Below are positions 56,101 to 64,000 of a stretch of 64,000 nt of DNA, piece by piece. The stretch is taken from positions 22,382,001 to 22,446,000 of the forward strand of contig CAIIXF020000001.1 in the NCBI GenBank assembly GCA_903813345.2, written 5' to 3'. The stretch is from Owenia fusiformis (taxonomy: Eukaryota). Each line of letters starts with the position of its first letter. Positions within the stretch are counted from its first letter, which is position 1. Under the pieces are notes generated by a model. That model made no database searches and was not told the DNA's origin. It saw only the letters and a program-made list of their open reading frames with translations. The position numbers and the translations under genes were made by a program.

Positions 56101-59100
56101 AATTATAGAATCGAGTTCTTTGTTATATTCCAGTATGATAAACATTAACCAGAAAAACAACTATTTGCATCTATGAAATTTGATTAATTGGTTTGTCATA
56201 CATACCCCATTATAGACAAGCAAAACAATTTTTATTGTGATGTCACATAGCATCGTTTATATTCCTTAGGTTGGTGGTGTTATTGAAGGCTATGTTAGCT
56301 ACATGACAGAGAATGGTCTCTTATATTTCCAAATTATCGGGCCTGGCTTAGACCGTTTGGAGGAACTGATGGTGAAGATCACAGACCATTATTCAAAGGT
56401 AAGTTTATAATTAAGAATGTCAGTTAAAACATTTTTATTATTGTGTTACTTTGAATTTTCTGAATTGGAAGTTAAAAATTAAACTGAAAACCTATTAATC
56501 CCCAATAGAACTATTTAAACTATTTTTAATTTTAAAATCCTTGGTTATCTATGGTGATCAGTTCTTACTTCAGTTCATGGAGTGACTTTATTGAATGTTT
56601 TTCATCATAACATATCATTAGCATGTGCATGTACATCAGTTTTAATGTTGTGACTTTTGTACATGTTGAAGCAGAATCGTCAAAGCAAAGGGAGTATGGT
56701 CAGTAAATGGTGATAGGGACTTCTTAATCATTATTTCAGTTCCTAGATAATTATTTAATCAGATGTATAATATAATATTAATTGGTAAAGGAATGTTATG
56801 TTCTTTTATGCTGGTAGTAGGAAAACAAGCCATTTGCAAATGTTTTGATTCCTTTGAATGCAATGATTTGGTGTACTACCTTATATTAAGCATTACACTA
56901 AATACAGTTACAGATGCTGCACATATGTTTATGTTGGTTGAATGTTAATGTTGATTTAAAGCTTGTTGCTGTTCAGTTAGAGCTCTGCTTATTTATAACA
57001 GCTTCTACTGAAACTGAATTACGGGTTTAAGGGACTAGAATGGATAGAGACTAACTTGGAGAGTTTCGAAAAATGTTCTCAATTCTGTCTTTATTTCAGG
57101 ATAATTTGTCAAAGACCCCCTTTTTGATTTGAATGAATTTGAACATTCCTGCACCTTAAACCTTAAATAATTTCTATATAAGATCAGGTATATCTTATCT
57201 TTATTTCTCTTTTCATAGCTTTAAATCAGGATTTTTAGGAAAGCTTTGGCATGATTTTTTTTTGAAAAGATGACTATGTTTTCAACAATTTACATTCTCT
57301 ATCCATTCTAATTCATTTAAAGCCTCAATAGCACATTTTGACTCTCAAGTAAACATTTCTTGAACATCTGAGACATTTCAATGATGAAGCTTGTCATAAA
57401 AATATAAATAACTTTTGTAGATAGCCATACAATATGCTTAAAAATTTAATGTCAGTACCTTCTCTTTAAACCTTGGATATCCAGAGTACACCACCTTACC
57501 CTGTCGATAATACCCAAACTTTATCCACTTCTTCATCCATATCATAAGCTCCACACTTGTTCACTTATAAACTTATAAACACATCCATGAAGAACACAAA
57601 GATCCATTTTGTAGAATACCCTTTTATTTGTCCACTTCACCATCTGTCTTGCCATTTACATTCTATGTACTGTTATAAAGATAAATGCTTAGGGAGACGT
57701 GCAAAAAGCACGATCATGTCCACATAAATAAGACATTTGCTTTTTGTTGGTTATTGTACTATATGTTCTAACAGTAAGATTTTATCCTTTCATTATCTGA
57801 TCTGATATTGATGTCTCTCTTAACAAAATAAGATTCAGAATAATTTTTAAGGCATGGAATCTTCTCACAAACTGATGATGTCACAACATGAAATCTACAC
57901 AGAAACTGATGATATCACACTATAGAATAGACACATAAACTGATGATGTCACAACCTCTTACATAAATGATGCTGTATGTTTCTATGTTTGTATTCCAAT
58001 AGCATACAGCTGCCAGTGAGTTTGTGTCTAACCCACAAGTGAACCAGATTTGCTGTGCCAAATACAGCTTGGATAACAACTGGTACAGAGCCAAGATAAC
58101 AGAACTACTGCCTGATAGACAAGTAAGTGGCTTCTATGGAGCTTTTCTAAAAAAATATTGTGAACTAAAATTGATAAGTTGTTTGATATTGCTCAGGCCC
58201 GTAACCAGGTTAAGGGGTGCAAACCAACCCCAAGACAAATGATGTGATTTAAAAATGATTTTTGTGATGATAATAAATCAAATAGTTTTTAATCTTGCAA
58301 ATCCTAGAAAAATTCTACAGCCCTTAGTGCCGATCTTAATTTACCCATTTTTTGGATTTAATGATTTGTCTGTTATAGGTTGCTGTTCACTTTGTTGACT
58401 ATGGTAACTCAGATATTGTCCCATATCACGCACTTAGAGAGATGACTGAAGAAAATGGCCACCTGAAGACGCTGCCTTTCCAGGTATGATATTACATGTA
58501 TTATTATTGTTTTCTTTTATGATTATTACAAATTTCCAAAAAATACATTGCACAAAATATGCCACAGATTCAGTGCATTCCTGAGGTATTATGGCTCATT
58601 GAGGGAATAGCGCGTGTTACCCCATTGGCAGACTGAATGTACAAATACAATTTTTTTCTAGATCCAAGCTTTTCTTTGTTAGACTATTTGTAATTTTTCA
58701 AAATATTTTCGATATATACATGGCATTCAATAATTGCTGTTTTCATTACTCTTCTTTTCATTGCATTTTCTAGGCTGTTCCATTCACTTTGCATGGATTG
58801 CCCCCCTCTGGTGGAGTGTGGTCAGAGGAAGCTATATGTAGGGTAGAAGGTCTCACCCCTAGTGAAGATGTCCTAACATTACAGGTACACTGAAAACTAA
58901 TCAGTTCTCTAATATCTATGAAAATACTTAATTTGATTAAACTTTAACCTTTTAAATGAAGATTTAAATTAAAGAAAAAAATTTAAATATTTTTTGTTTG
59001 ATACAATTTTACAGAAATTATGAATATCACTGAACAAATCATGTTTGAATGAACAAATGGTTATTACAGGGGGATGCCAAATGGGACTGAAATGTTTAAA

Positions 59101-62100
59101 AAAGCATATTTAGGCTGCCAAGAGAGCCAGATGAGATTTCAAACGTCACATCATTTTGTGAAGAACAAAGGCCAACTTGATTATAGAACGAATTTGAACA
59201 TAACATAGCGTGGGTGATAATTGGATAATCCATTCATTGATTTAAGGTTTAACAAAGAAGAAAAGCAGAATTTGATTCTTTATTCAACAATTATGTAAAT
59301 CGAATTGAATAAGGTGTGCCAAAAATTTAATCATAGCATATGTTTTTCTCTAGGTTGTTGCTAGTGCAGAAGAGAAGACTCGACCTATGTCAGCCATGCT
59401 GTTTGTAATTGAAGGAGAACAGAAGATTTCACTCTTAGAGATCCTCTCCAATGAACCACAGCTATTCATGTAAGATTATTACATTTATCTTTGCTAGTAC
59501 TATATTTATTGCTGTATTGATTGAAATTGAAGAAAACTTGAATAAGTAGAAACGTTGTAATTGTGTGACTGTTCTTGTTGGCATAAATGTAACAAACAAG
59601 GTGTTGCAAAATATTCTTACAGAATAGGCACGATCCTTGTAAAAATGTTCTATGACAACAAGCATCAGTTGGTTTGACTCTCATTATACATTGTACTTCA
59701 TTACACTTGTTGTTATGTCACTACCAACAGAAGTTGTAACATATTGTAATAGTCTCCAACTTTTTTGTGGACAGTGTTTTGCATTTTTAATGGCTGTTTG
59801 TGTTTGGTGTCTGTAACAAATTTGTATGGTGTCGTACAGTGCCTGTAACAAATGGCAGGTAGATGTTCTGCATAATGCCTTGTTGTTTTTGTTGGTATCC
59901 CTGTGGTGATTTTATGTCACCTGATAGTCTCTTTGTGCTGGACTACACTGAGCCTGTAACATCAAACATAAACACCAATTGATGTTTCTTTCAGGCCCCC
60001 TGTTCCTTCAGATAACAATCCAATAGATGATATATCCAATGAAATGGCTCACAATTTACACCTTGACACTGTTGACTCCCCAGTACTTACCCCTGAACCC
60101 CCTGGCCCAGATGGTGATGGAATAAAGAACAAACAAAAACAGAATCCTAGTCGATATATTGCAAGTATGCCTGGTTCTTGCGATGACAATGACAATGTGA
60201 CAAGTGAAATTATAGAACTGGACCATAGTGCAACAAATGATACCATTGAAGTTATTAGTCTAAACTCAAGTGCATCAGATAAGGATGAGTCTGTGATATT
60301 TATTGAGGAGAGACCTCCATCTAATGAGGCTAGAACTGTGACTCCTACATGTATTATAGAAAAATCTCCACCTCTTGATACTACGCCTGATAAAGCTACA
60401 TGTATGGGTGCCAATATAATTAAATTATCCATACCCATGCGTAGCGGGGAGATCCCTATCAAAGGAAAATCAGACATATCTGGGGAAATCAATAGTTTAC
60501 CAGTACCACCTAAGCTGGTGCTGCCACCTCCTGGTGAATACTGGGACTGCAATGTTACTTATGTTTGTGATCCTTCAAATTTTATAGTAAGTGTATTATT
60601 TTTTGGTTGATAATAGTGAATTTTTTAAATTTTGAAATAAAAAATATGATGATTTTTAATTGCTTAATCAAAGGCTGGTATCGAAAGATTTGTCCGCTGT
60701 GACGGAGCATGTTATTTTTCATAAAAACACTAAGAAAACCACACAAATTATTTTTAACTTTAATATGTTTTTTTATACCAAAGAAAAATACTTACTCCAT
60801 GCAATGGATCTTGCGGGTAACTCTCACTTCTGTTTGAAGTTTGAAGAAATAACACTGGGAGGAAAAGCTATTGAAAGTGGGGCCGGAGTATCATACTCCA
60901 AAATATACCATTTCTTGTTTAACTTTTTAATGGCACGATATATAGTGACACAACAGTATTTACATGTTTTCAGCATAACTATGAAGGTATAAATGAGATA
61001 TTGATGTATTGGGTCTTTTTAATTCTTTTATAAGAAATAATGTTCACATTTTTTTGTCCGCTGTGATGGAGCAGTTGCAAATGTGAACTATGAAACTGCT
61101 CCGTCACTGCGGACAAAAAAATGTAAAAATTATTTTTTATAAAAAAACTAAAAACACCCAATACATCAATAACTCATTAACCCTTTCCCGACGTGAATAT
61201 AAGAGGAAAATGTTGGCTCTGGTGACGGATAAGTAAGAGCAGTTTTTAGGGGAAAACTGCAAAATACCTACGCCCCGGGACCTATACCCTGAATTTTATC
61301 ACTGAAATACAATTTTTAGTAAGGATTATCACATTAGAACAACTTGTCAAAATTTGGTGTAAAAATACTGAATAGAACTGGAGATATTGTCATTTCATTG
61401 ATGTATTTAGATAAAAATAATGGTGCCAAAAGGAGCCTATCGTCCTGAAAGGTATTACATAATAGGGCTCCATATGGAGCCTATCGTTGTGAAAGGGTTA
61501 ATACATTCAGAGTTATGCTGAAAACATAATTATGTTAATATTATTGTGTCTTATTATGCCATTAAAAAGTTTAAAAAGAAATGGTACATTTTAGAGTTCG
61601 ATACTCTGGCGCCGTTTTCAATAGCTTTTACTCCTAGCGTTATTGGACTTCAAACAGAAGTGAAGGTTACCCGCAAATGATATATCCATTGCTTAGAGTA
61701 AGTAATTTTCTTTGATATAACTAAACATATGAGTTAAAAAATAAATTGTGAAGTATTCTTAGTGTTTTTATGAAAAATAGCATGCTCCGTCACAGCGAAC
61801 AAATTTTTCGTTGCCAGCCTCATGTTAATGTAGAACTGACTACACTACTAGAGGGAATATGCACAAAATGGTTTAAACCAGGAAAGTTCAATTCAAATAA
61901 ATTTCACATATGAATTCATGTTTGTTTTAGTGCATACCATTTGAGAGCATGTCTGACCTAACAGTGATGATGAAGGGTCTCAGTGATTACTATAGCAACC
62001 CAAGTGACCTCACAATGGGGGAACTCCAAGTGGGTCAACTCTGTGCTGCGTTCTATGAGAACCTCTGGTACAGGGCTACCATACATGCAGTCCTTGGCAA

Positions 62101-62357
62101 TATGAAGCAGGTAATGGCTTACTTATATGGGTACACATATAGAGGATATTCTTGGGGGGGATTGTATATTGGGTTTATCTTGATGAAATGTTATCTTATT
62201 CATGGTAAAATTCTTGTGATCTGATTGCAGTCTACATTGGTGTCTGTCTACTTTGTGGACTATGGTGACTTTGGAGTTGTACCAAAGAAACACTTGAAAC
62301 CCCTGGTGACTCAATTCAGGCAGCTACCATATCAAGCAACAAGAGTACAGTTGCAAG
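2129..62357 (+). CDS. TDRD7: Tudor domain-containing protein 7-like (dsRBD + LOTUS/OST-HTH + 4 extended Tudor domains), partial at both ends
   Basis: Phase-compatible GT-AG exons: 2129-2297, 2732-2779, 3214-3369, 3630-3707, 4472-4570, 5264-5331, 44647-44780, 45539-45754, 46565-46682, 47030-47152, 47791-47940, 52154-52241, 52584-52697, 53023-53123, 53495-53650, 54031-54129, 54497-54609, 55222-55336, 56270-56398, 58003-58122, 58379-58483, 58774-58884, 59354-59469, 59995-60586, 61931-62110, 62231-62357. Motifs: LOTUS IKERIRQ|IVSKKPNGLFLTRLPFEYK; Tudor WYRAKI..YIDFGN, LYRVRV..FLDHGD, WYRAKI..FVDYGN, WYRATI..FVDYGD; TDRD7-like IRLIGEEYS and LFDTSGEEDIYIN. Confidence 0.88.
3214..3707 (+). CDS. TDRD7: dsRNA-binding domain exons of the TDRD7-like gene
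   Basis: Spliced DYKSLLAVYASKQKMAPLVYETG...GFISSVKINKRIFGSL|DKFASKKEAEQAAARNAVEQL; classic dsRBD pattern with KKxAEQxAA helix. Confidence 0.85.
5646..10059 (+). mobile_element. Academ-like (AcademX) DNA transposon, defective
   Basis: TIRs of ~1.2 kb (5646-~6875 and ~8783-10059) starting TACTCAAGGGGCGAGG; 3-bp TSD TAT (alternatively TA TSD with CTC termini); ~182-bp subterminal tandem repeats in both arms; internal decayed XPG/PIN-like coding remnant. Confidence 0.8.
7876..8463 (+). pseudogene. Decayed XPG/PIN-like nuclease domain of an Academ-type transposase
   Basis: Fragments FVIDAMAM, GAQRIDFI, KDSERMRR, PLPKNMNTFWPS, LNSTLEEADFKLI and SNDTDILIL, broken by stops and frameshifts. Confidence 0.7.
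10856..12206 (-). CDS. Intronless PA-domain / peptidase M28-like protein (~449 aa if one base is removed from the A6 run at 11286-11291)
   Basis: ORFs 11226..12206 and 10856..11269 join by deleting 1 nt (WDRKNNIPAQVIPTNYP). Motifs HRSGTTQDHATTNWIGEKL, VVSTAQSGWFGCASERGPGVAIFLALA, NSGHEFDNLGS, NPFFHAPSDTPDKVD. Confidence 0.75.
12313..12513. mobile_element. mariner-type MITE
   Basis: TA|CGAGGGGCGGCTCAAAAG ... CTTTTGAATCATCCCTCG|TA; imperfect TIRs, TA TSD. Confidence 0.65.
13880..14053. mobile_element. pogo/Tigger-like MITE (related copies ~7058-7420, 43352-43488, partial ~53879-53960)
   Basis: TA|CAGTAAAACCTGT ... ACAGGTTTGACTG|TA termini, repeated GAACACC motifs. Confidence 0.6.
15572..18418 (-). 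CDS. BTB/POZ domain protein, paralogue 1 (3 exons)
   Basis: Exons 18418 (or ATG 18346)-18123, 17802-17696, 16074-15572, phases compatible. FSDAVLIVEGQDLHVHRVYLAEWSPVFKQMF..ELLHCIY..ENVYYLLQLAEEYQI..ERCE; start codon uncertain. Confidence 0.85.
16158..17047. mobile_element. 890-bp foldback (near-perfect palindrome) non-autonomous DNA transposon in BTB paralogue 1 intron 2
   Basis: ~400-bp inverted arms beginning CACCCTTGGTATACGCAGC; loop holds a ~37-bp direct duplication; flanked by ATATT on both sides. Confidence 0.85.
23069..23448. mobile_element. TIR MITE (Kolobok-like termini) with internal direct repeat
   Basis: AAAGGACGATTCTCGGTTTGGAGAAC ... GTTCTCCAAACCGAGAATCGTCCTTT(AA); TTAA only on the right side. 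Confidence 0.6.
23690..23940. repeat. ~15-bp minisatellite (TATGAAAACCTCTCC-like)
   Basis: Degenerate tandem copies; explains the RGFHR/MKTS repeat ORFs. Confidence 0.8.
24529..24659. mobile_element. Small TIR MITE
   Basis: AAT|AGGGAGTTTAAGC ... GCTTAAGCTCCCT|AAT; 3-bp duplication. Confidence 0.55.
25890..26146. mobile_element. piggyBac-like MITE
   Basis: TTAA|CCTC ... GAGG|TTAA; imperfect TIRs, TTAA TSD. Confidence 0.5.
27308..31815. mobile_element. Academ-like non-autonomous element with long TIRs, in linker-like gene intron 5
   Basis: TGAC|TAGTATGGGAGCAAA ... TTTGCTCCCACACTA|TGAC (4-bp TSD, TAG..CTA termini); ~1.2-kb inverted arms with ~173-bp subrepeats, plus an extra internal copy of the right arm (~29260-30320). 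Confidence 0.8.
33046..34550 (+). mobile_element. IS630/Tc1/mariner transposon, DD37E type, full length (1505 bp)
   Basis: 96-bp TIRs (33046-33141, 34455-34550, one mismatch) starting CAGGGTGTCAAATAAGTCC; TA TSD; TATA at 33215-33226; AATAAA at 34407-34412. Confidence 0.95.
33293..34394 (+). CDS. DD37E transposase (~366 aa), split by a +1 frameshift in T7 at 33779-33785
   Basis: ORFs 33293..33820 and 33741..34394 join as APSDEFFVYTIRKPNHQNDRVWA; LLHDKAP...YPSNSPDCNACE with 37 residues between D and E; ends GGHTNY. Confidence 0.9.
35827..38770 (+). mobile_element. Helentron-associated non-autonomous element (HINE-like) in linker-like gene intron 1
   Basis: T-rich site, subterminal IRs AGCTCACATGGTGA / TCACCATGTGAGC, (GTCY)n microsatellite ~35866-35932, internal composite tandem repeats (~330-365 bp), 3' hairpin AGTACCCATGGTACT. 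Confidence 0.75.
37416..37786. mobile_element. 371-bp insertion with 9-bp TSD (AcademH-like MITE) inside the HINE
   Basis: GTCTATTTT|TACCCTGCGTGCA ... TGCAAAGGGTA|GCCTATTTT; interrupts the host repeat GCTCGCCTATTTTCAAAATGG. Confidence 0.65.
39705..39887. mobile_element. hAT-like MITE; second copy in opposite orientation at 44819-45023
   Basis: CAGTGATCTCC ... GGAGATCACTG termini, shared internal GTGGGTGC motifs; no clear TSD. Confidence 0.55.
40979..42738 (-). CDS. BTB/POZ domain protein, paralogue 2 (3 exons)
   Basis: Exons ~42738 (ATGs at 42762/42738/42702)-42613, 41978-41825, 41466-40979. FSDITLIVEDQKLH|VHKSYLAQWSPVFKKMF..ELLHCIY..ESNVRFLLPLADEYQI..QRCE. Confidence 0.85.
47433..47820 (+). 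repeat. 64-bp tandem repeat x6 containing the 3' splice site of a Tudor exon
   Basis: TTYCAG|GAGGGCAACAGAGAATAC recurs with AG ending at 47470, 47534, 47598, 47662, 47726, 47790. Confidence 0.95.
48701..49510. mobile_element. CpG-rich TIR element (possibly PIF/Harbinger-like non-autonomous)
   Basis: TA|ACCCTACTATCATACCAAACT ... AGTTTGGTGTGATAGGGGGGT|TA; many GAACG/CGTTC motifs. Confidence 0.6.
49811..52008 (-). mobile_element. Degenerate mariner element with long TIRs and a nested insertion
   Basis: GAGGGGTGATCAATAAGTAATGGAC ... GTCCATTACTTATTGATCACCCCTCG; minus-strand remnants DNAPAH and YCPDLVTFD (cf. YSPDLAPxD) and KGRRF at ~51330-51600; left TIR resumes after 51046. Confidence 0.75.
49949..51046 (+). 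mobile_element. Tc1/mariner deletion derivative nested in the mariner TIR
   Basis: TA|CAGGGTGGGCCAAAA ... TTTTGGCCCACCCTG|TA; ~380-bp inverted arms; remnant APSHRAK...FITPDEWLPNTPDANSCDYHYWGHLE (50342-50563). Confidence 0.8.
60672..61820. mobile_element. Palindromic non-autonomous element with a nested piggyBac-like MITE (61181-61497)
   Basis: AGGCTGGTATCGAAAGATTTGTCCGCTGTGACGGAGCATG mirrored at ~61781-61820; insert TTAA|CCCTTTC ... GAAAGGG|TTAA. Confidence 0.75.
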
Positions 62358-62761
62358 GTGAGTAGCTTGAGTTTTACCAATGTAAGAGTACAGTCGCAAG
62401 GTGAGTAGCTTGAATTTACCCAAGAGCACAGCTGCAAGGTGAGTAGCTTGAATTTACCCAATCGTAGTGTTGTCGCGATTAATCGATACATCGCGATATA
62501 CATCGCCAAAACTGATTCTGGCGATGCATCGATGTCTGAAACAAAACATCGATGTTTTTAAAAAAAATTAATTTGCGATAAATCACCCTTTCTTATCTTA
62601 TTTTGACGCAAATCGCTTACCTTTCTCATGACTTATTTCATTTTCCAATGTTTTCTGATGTTCTTTCCCTTTAAAACTGTTTTCGCTAGTCGAAATGAAC
62701 CATTAATCTAAAAAATTACTTTCATTTTGTTATTAGAAGTTCCCGGATGTACCACGCACTC

Positions 62762-64000
62762 TTATTATCCCACCGAACGAAGTTCGAGGGGGATATAGAA
62801 AAGCCGTCCATAAATTCGTATACTAAGAAAGCTATAACAAGAAATAAATGGATATGTACTAAATACAATATGCAGGAGAATATCATCATGAAGCACTGGA
62901 AAATTAACGAGAGAAGAGAACATTAACAAATGAATATGAAACAGTATATTCTCCGCAAAGAGGGTAAACTAAGAGGACAAATCAACATAAGACCAACAGT
63001 AAGGGGAAGGGGAGAGTTTTCCGGCCGGATTAAAACGTTTAACCCACCTATGCGCAGTCTCAAGTCTGTGGACCCTGAAGAAAGATAACTAACATCGCAA
63101 TCAAATCAAGACAAAGAAAGAAGAAAATAAATGAAGAAACCAATGCAGCAAAAACAAATGACGTCCGTCCGTTCGTCCGTCCGTCCGTTCGTGTGTCCGG
63201 GCAATAACTCAAATACCGGTTGACGGATTTCATTCAAATTTTATAGGCTTATGCCTTATGGGTGTAGGACCTCTGCTCGAGAAGGAATTTTCAATATGGC
63301 CGCTTAATTCAAAATGGCGGCCATTTTTCGGAAAAAATATAATCTTTATTAACTCAAATACTAGTGGATGGATTTGGATCAAATTTTATATGCTGTTGCA
63401 TTGGTACAAAGGAGCTTTGCTCAAGAAGACATTTTCAAGATGGCCACCAAATTTCAAAATGGCGGCCATTTTTCGTAAAAAAACGTTATCTTTGATAACT
63501 CAAAGACCATAAAATGGATTTGGTTCAAATTTTAGATGCTGATGCCTATGGAGTATGGACATTGGAGCTCTGCTCAAGAAAGGATTTTCAAGATGGCAGC
63601 TAAATTTCAAAATGGCTGCCATTTTTCATAAAAGAACGTAACCTTTGATAACTCAAATACCAGTTGACGGATTTGGTTCAAATTCTATATGCTGATGCCT
63701 AGAGACAAAGAAGTTCTGCTCAAAAATAAATTTTCAAGATGGCCACTGAATTTCAAAATGGCCGCCATTTTTCGTAAAAAACGTAATTAATGATAACTCA
63801 AATACTAGTGGATGGATTTGGTTCCAATTTTATATGCTGATGTTTAGGGGAAAAGGAGATCTGCTTCTGAAGAAATTTCAAAGGCGATAGCTGAATTTCA
63901 AAATGGCTGCCATTTTTCATTAAAAAAGTAATCTTTGATAACCCAGATACCATTGGACGGACATTCTCTGCTAAAGAAGAAATCTAAAGATGACAGCTGA
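62762..64000 (+). mobile_element. Second Helentron-type (HINE-like) element, truncated by the window end
   Basis: TTATTATCCCACCGAACGAAGTTCGAGGGGGATATAG head, (GTCC)n at ~63163-63190, ~150-bp tandem repeats with TTTCAAAATGGC; interrupted by an unrelated segment ~62810-63160; degraded relative at ~39165-39420. Confidence 0.65.

Noticed and set aside
60049-60552. 167-aa minus-strand ORF
   Set aside because: Antisense shadow of the long TDRD7-like exon 59995-60586.

Overview
AT-rich animal genomic DNA, probably lophotrochozoan (mollusc or annelid-like; species not determinable). A multi-exon TDRD7/Tapas-like germline gene runs on the + strand across the window (both ends outside). Its hand-spliced exons give dsRBD + LOTUS + four extended Tudor domains. 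A ~39.3 kb intron (5332-44646) splits the LOTUS domain and hosts four antisense genes. (1) An intronless, bacterial-looking PA-domain/M28-like peptidase with a one-base frameshift. (2, 3) Two paralogous BTB/POZ genes with a C-terminal Cys/His motif. (4) A six-exon gene, mostly missed by the ORF track, for a secreted coiled-coil + LDLa + beta-rich protein resembling giant extracellular haemoglobin linker chains, with an in-frame TGA. Introns are packed with DNA transposons: a near-intact DD37E Tc1/mariner, Academ-like elements with 3-, 4- and 9-bp TSDs, nested mariner relics, Helentron-type elements, an 890-bp foldback and many MITEs. A recurrent oddity is tandem amplification of exon-intron junctions, giving arrays of decoy splice sites. 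All calls are by eye; no database searches were run.
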